From assembly GCF_009914755.1 (NCBI RefSeq), contig NC_060935.1: DNA of 64,000 nt. The stretch is one strand, 5' to 3'. Shown here piece by piece: positions 61,921-64,000 of the stretch (the first letter of the stretch is position 1; each line of letters starts with the position of its first letter). Under the pieces are notes generated by a model that saw only the letters and a program-made list of their open reading frames with translations, did no database searches and was not told the origin of the DNA. Made by a program: the position numbers and the translations under genes. This DNA comes from the human T2T-CHM13v2.0 reference genome, Homo sapiens.

Positions 61921-63714
61921 CTGTAACCTCTATGCTTGCCTGAATATCCATCTTTCTCTACTAAGCATTTTCACATCCACAATTTTACCATTTTCAAGTA
62001 TATTTTTCAGACATCCAATAAATTGTAGAATGGCAGAAATTATTTTCAGAGGGTGAAACAGGCTTTTAAATCATGCCCAGTAAAACTAAATTCTACCCTT
62101 AGGGGTTCCACTGATTAGCTGCAATAACTGTTGTCCAGATAGCCCTTGGTGTTGGACAACTTAAGGAAAATTTGTTAGATTGATTAGCCCAATTAACTCA
62201 GAAACTGACGTACAAAAACAGGCAGGAAACCCCTGCTGGGTCCAAGAAAGAAATAAAAGACATGCCCTTGGTCTTGACTGCATAAATATGAGAGGGCCCA
62301 TGGAAATTTCCACATAGAGTGCAAACACAAAGGCAGTCTGGGAGAGGACCAAGCTCAGGACTGGCTCAAGAAAGAAACAAAGAAGAGAATTAAGAACCGC
62401 TAAGAAGGCAAAAAGCCTAAGGAGAGAGAGCTCAAAGAATGGACACTCTTTGGCAAGCCCAAAGGCCAAAGAACAGAGAGGGAAATTTGCAGAGCATTCA
62501 AGAATACTGAGAGGGAAAAGATCTGTGAGCTGAGAAACATGGCCTTCTTTGTTCAACGCTGGTAATGAGATTAATCTGTATTTTTTATGAATCAGTAGCA
62601 AAGGCAAAGCACAAAGTTAGGTTCCTAACTTCACTACTGGAGCAAATGGAGCAAATAAGAAAAATAAGAAAGAAATTCTCCTTGTTAAAAAATAACTCTT
62701 CAAATCTTAATTTTTTAGATACATTATCTTGGAGTGTTGCTCTCATCACTCACTACTTGGGGTAAAGTTTTTATGTAAGTTTAAAAATGTAGTCTTCATC
62801 TCCTTCCCTTTCCTCTTGCATTTCTTCCATTTTTAAATTTTAATATGTAACTGCTAAAGCTGTAGATTTCTACTATGACTGGAATCCCAGCTGTACTGTG
62901 ACTTTCATATTTGCTACTAATACTTGTACGTAACCAAGACTGATCTGACCATTTCATTTGTGATAGAGGATGAATAGATTCCCGTTATTCCATTAGCCAT
63001 CATAATCCCCCATCTCAATAGAGTTTTAATTTTTTTGTCCTACAGGACTATTTCTTCCAGATGGAAGACAATGTTTTCAAGAGGCCAAATGAATCATTTG
63101 ATAAGAACAAGCTAGTTCTCTTCTAAAATGAGATTAAGAAGCGGAAAATGGGAGACGGGGGAGGAAGAATAGCCCAGAAAGAACACAGAACTGCAAGAAA
63201 AAGATCCAGGAGATTCCCAGAAACTGGAAGAACAAGCATAAAAGCGTTCTGTGAATTTCCCCAGTTATGAAACAAAAAGCAAAAGTGAAAACAAATGGCA
63301 TAATCAACATGCCTGTCAATATTCTGCACCACAAAGTAACAGTTTGCTAACAGGTCATCAGAGTCATGGAAGACCGCAAGTTCTTTAGCGGGTTGGGGAA
63401 TTCAGGGATGGACAGCAAAATGCCAAGTCAATCTTTTTGAAAACACTGATTACAGGCAGAGAGCAGCAATCACAGAGCATCTGAGGAGATCCAGGATCAT
63501 TTTCAGTTCTGAGGAAGGAAGTCATTAGGCAGCTAATTAATTTTCCTTTAAGCTCATTAATAATGGTATCTGGTTGCACATAATCTGTAAATTAGTGAAG
63601 ACTAAAATTTAAGAGTGATGTGGTTGGAAAGGGTGAAAGAACACGAAGCTTAGAAAATCTATTTTATTAAGCTACATGGAATTAACAATTTTTTTATCTA
63701 TGTACATATGCAGA

Positions 63715-63935
63715 CCTTTAATTAATAAGCGTTAATATGTATAGAGTGCTTACTCTGTTCTAAGCATTGTTCTGTGTGTTTTACATGAATTATCTCATGT
63801 AATATAATAACTTTATAATATAGGTAATATTAATATCTCAAGTTTATAGCTAAGGAAATTAAAGTCTAGCAACATTAATAAACTTTAGTAAGAAATAGTA
63901 AATACAGCTAGTAAATAGCAAAACCAATATGCAAC
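63715..63935 (-). mobile_element. MIR
   Basis: gtatagagtgcttactctgttctaagcattgttct...aattatctcatgtaat...cagctagtaaatagca. Confidence 0.75.
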
Positions 63936-64000
63936 ATATTATTTTTCAGGTATTAGCAAATTTTTATTACAGACAAAGACTGTAACAAAAAAGACATAGA

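Noticed and set aside
62161-62607. 148-aa hydrophobic ORF on the minus strand
   Set aside because: Leu/Phe richness follows from the A/G-rich plus strand; no recognisable domain

Overview
Primate (human-like) non-coding genomic DNA, intergenic or deep intronic. It is AT-rich, CpG-depleted and dense in repeats: L1, Alu, L2, MIR, L3/CR1, MaLR/ERVL/ERV1/Gypsy-type LTRs and MER DNA transposons. I find no intact host protein-coding gene, RNA gene or CRISPR-like array. The ORF track is explained by decayed L1 ORF1/ORF2/ORF0, Alu or microsatellite frames, and chance. The most notable structure is an L1PA7/8-like element at ~38.7-42.3 kb. It lacks nearly all of ORF2 and keeps an open antisense ORF0-like frame. 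Its apparent target-site duplication and second poly(A) lie ~1 kb beyond the L1 end, which indicates a 3' transduction. Several local template-switch scars are also visible, including a copied Alu plus its flank, two 25-bp patches copied from 1-2 kb away, and perfect palindromes. Repeat subfamily names come from my recollection of consensus sequences, not a database search, and many boundaries are approximate. I see no convincing evidence for a new biological system.
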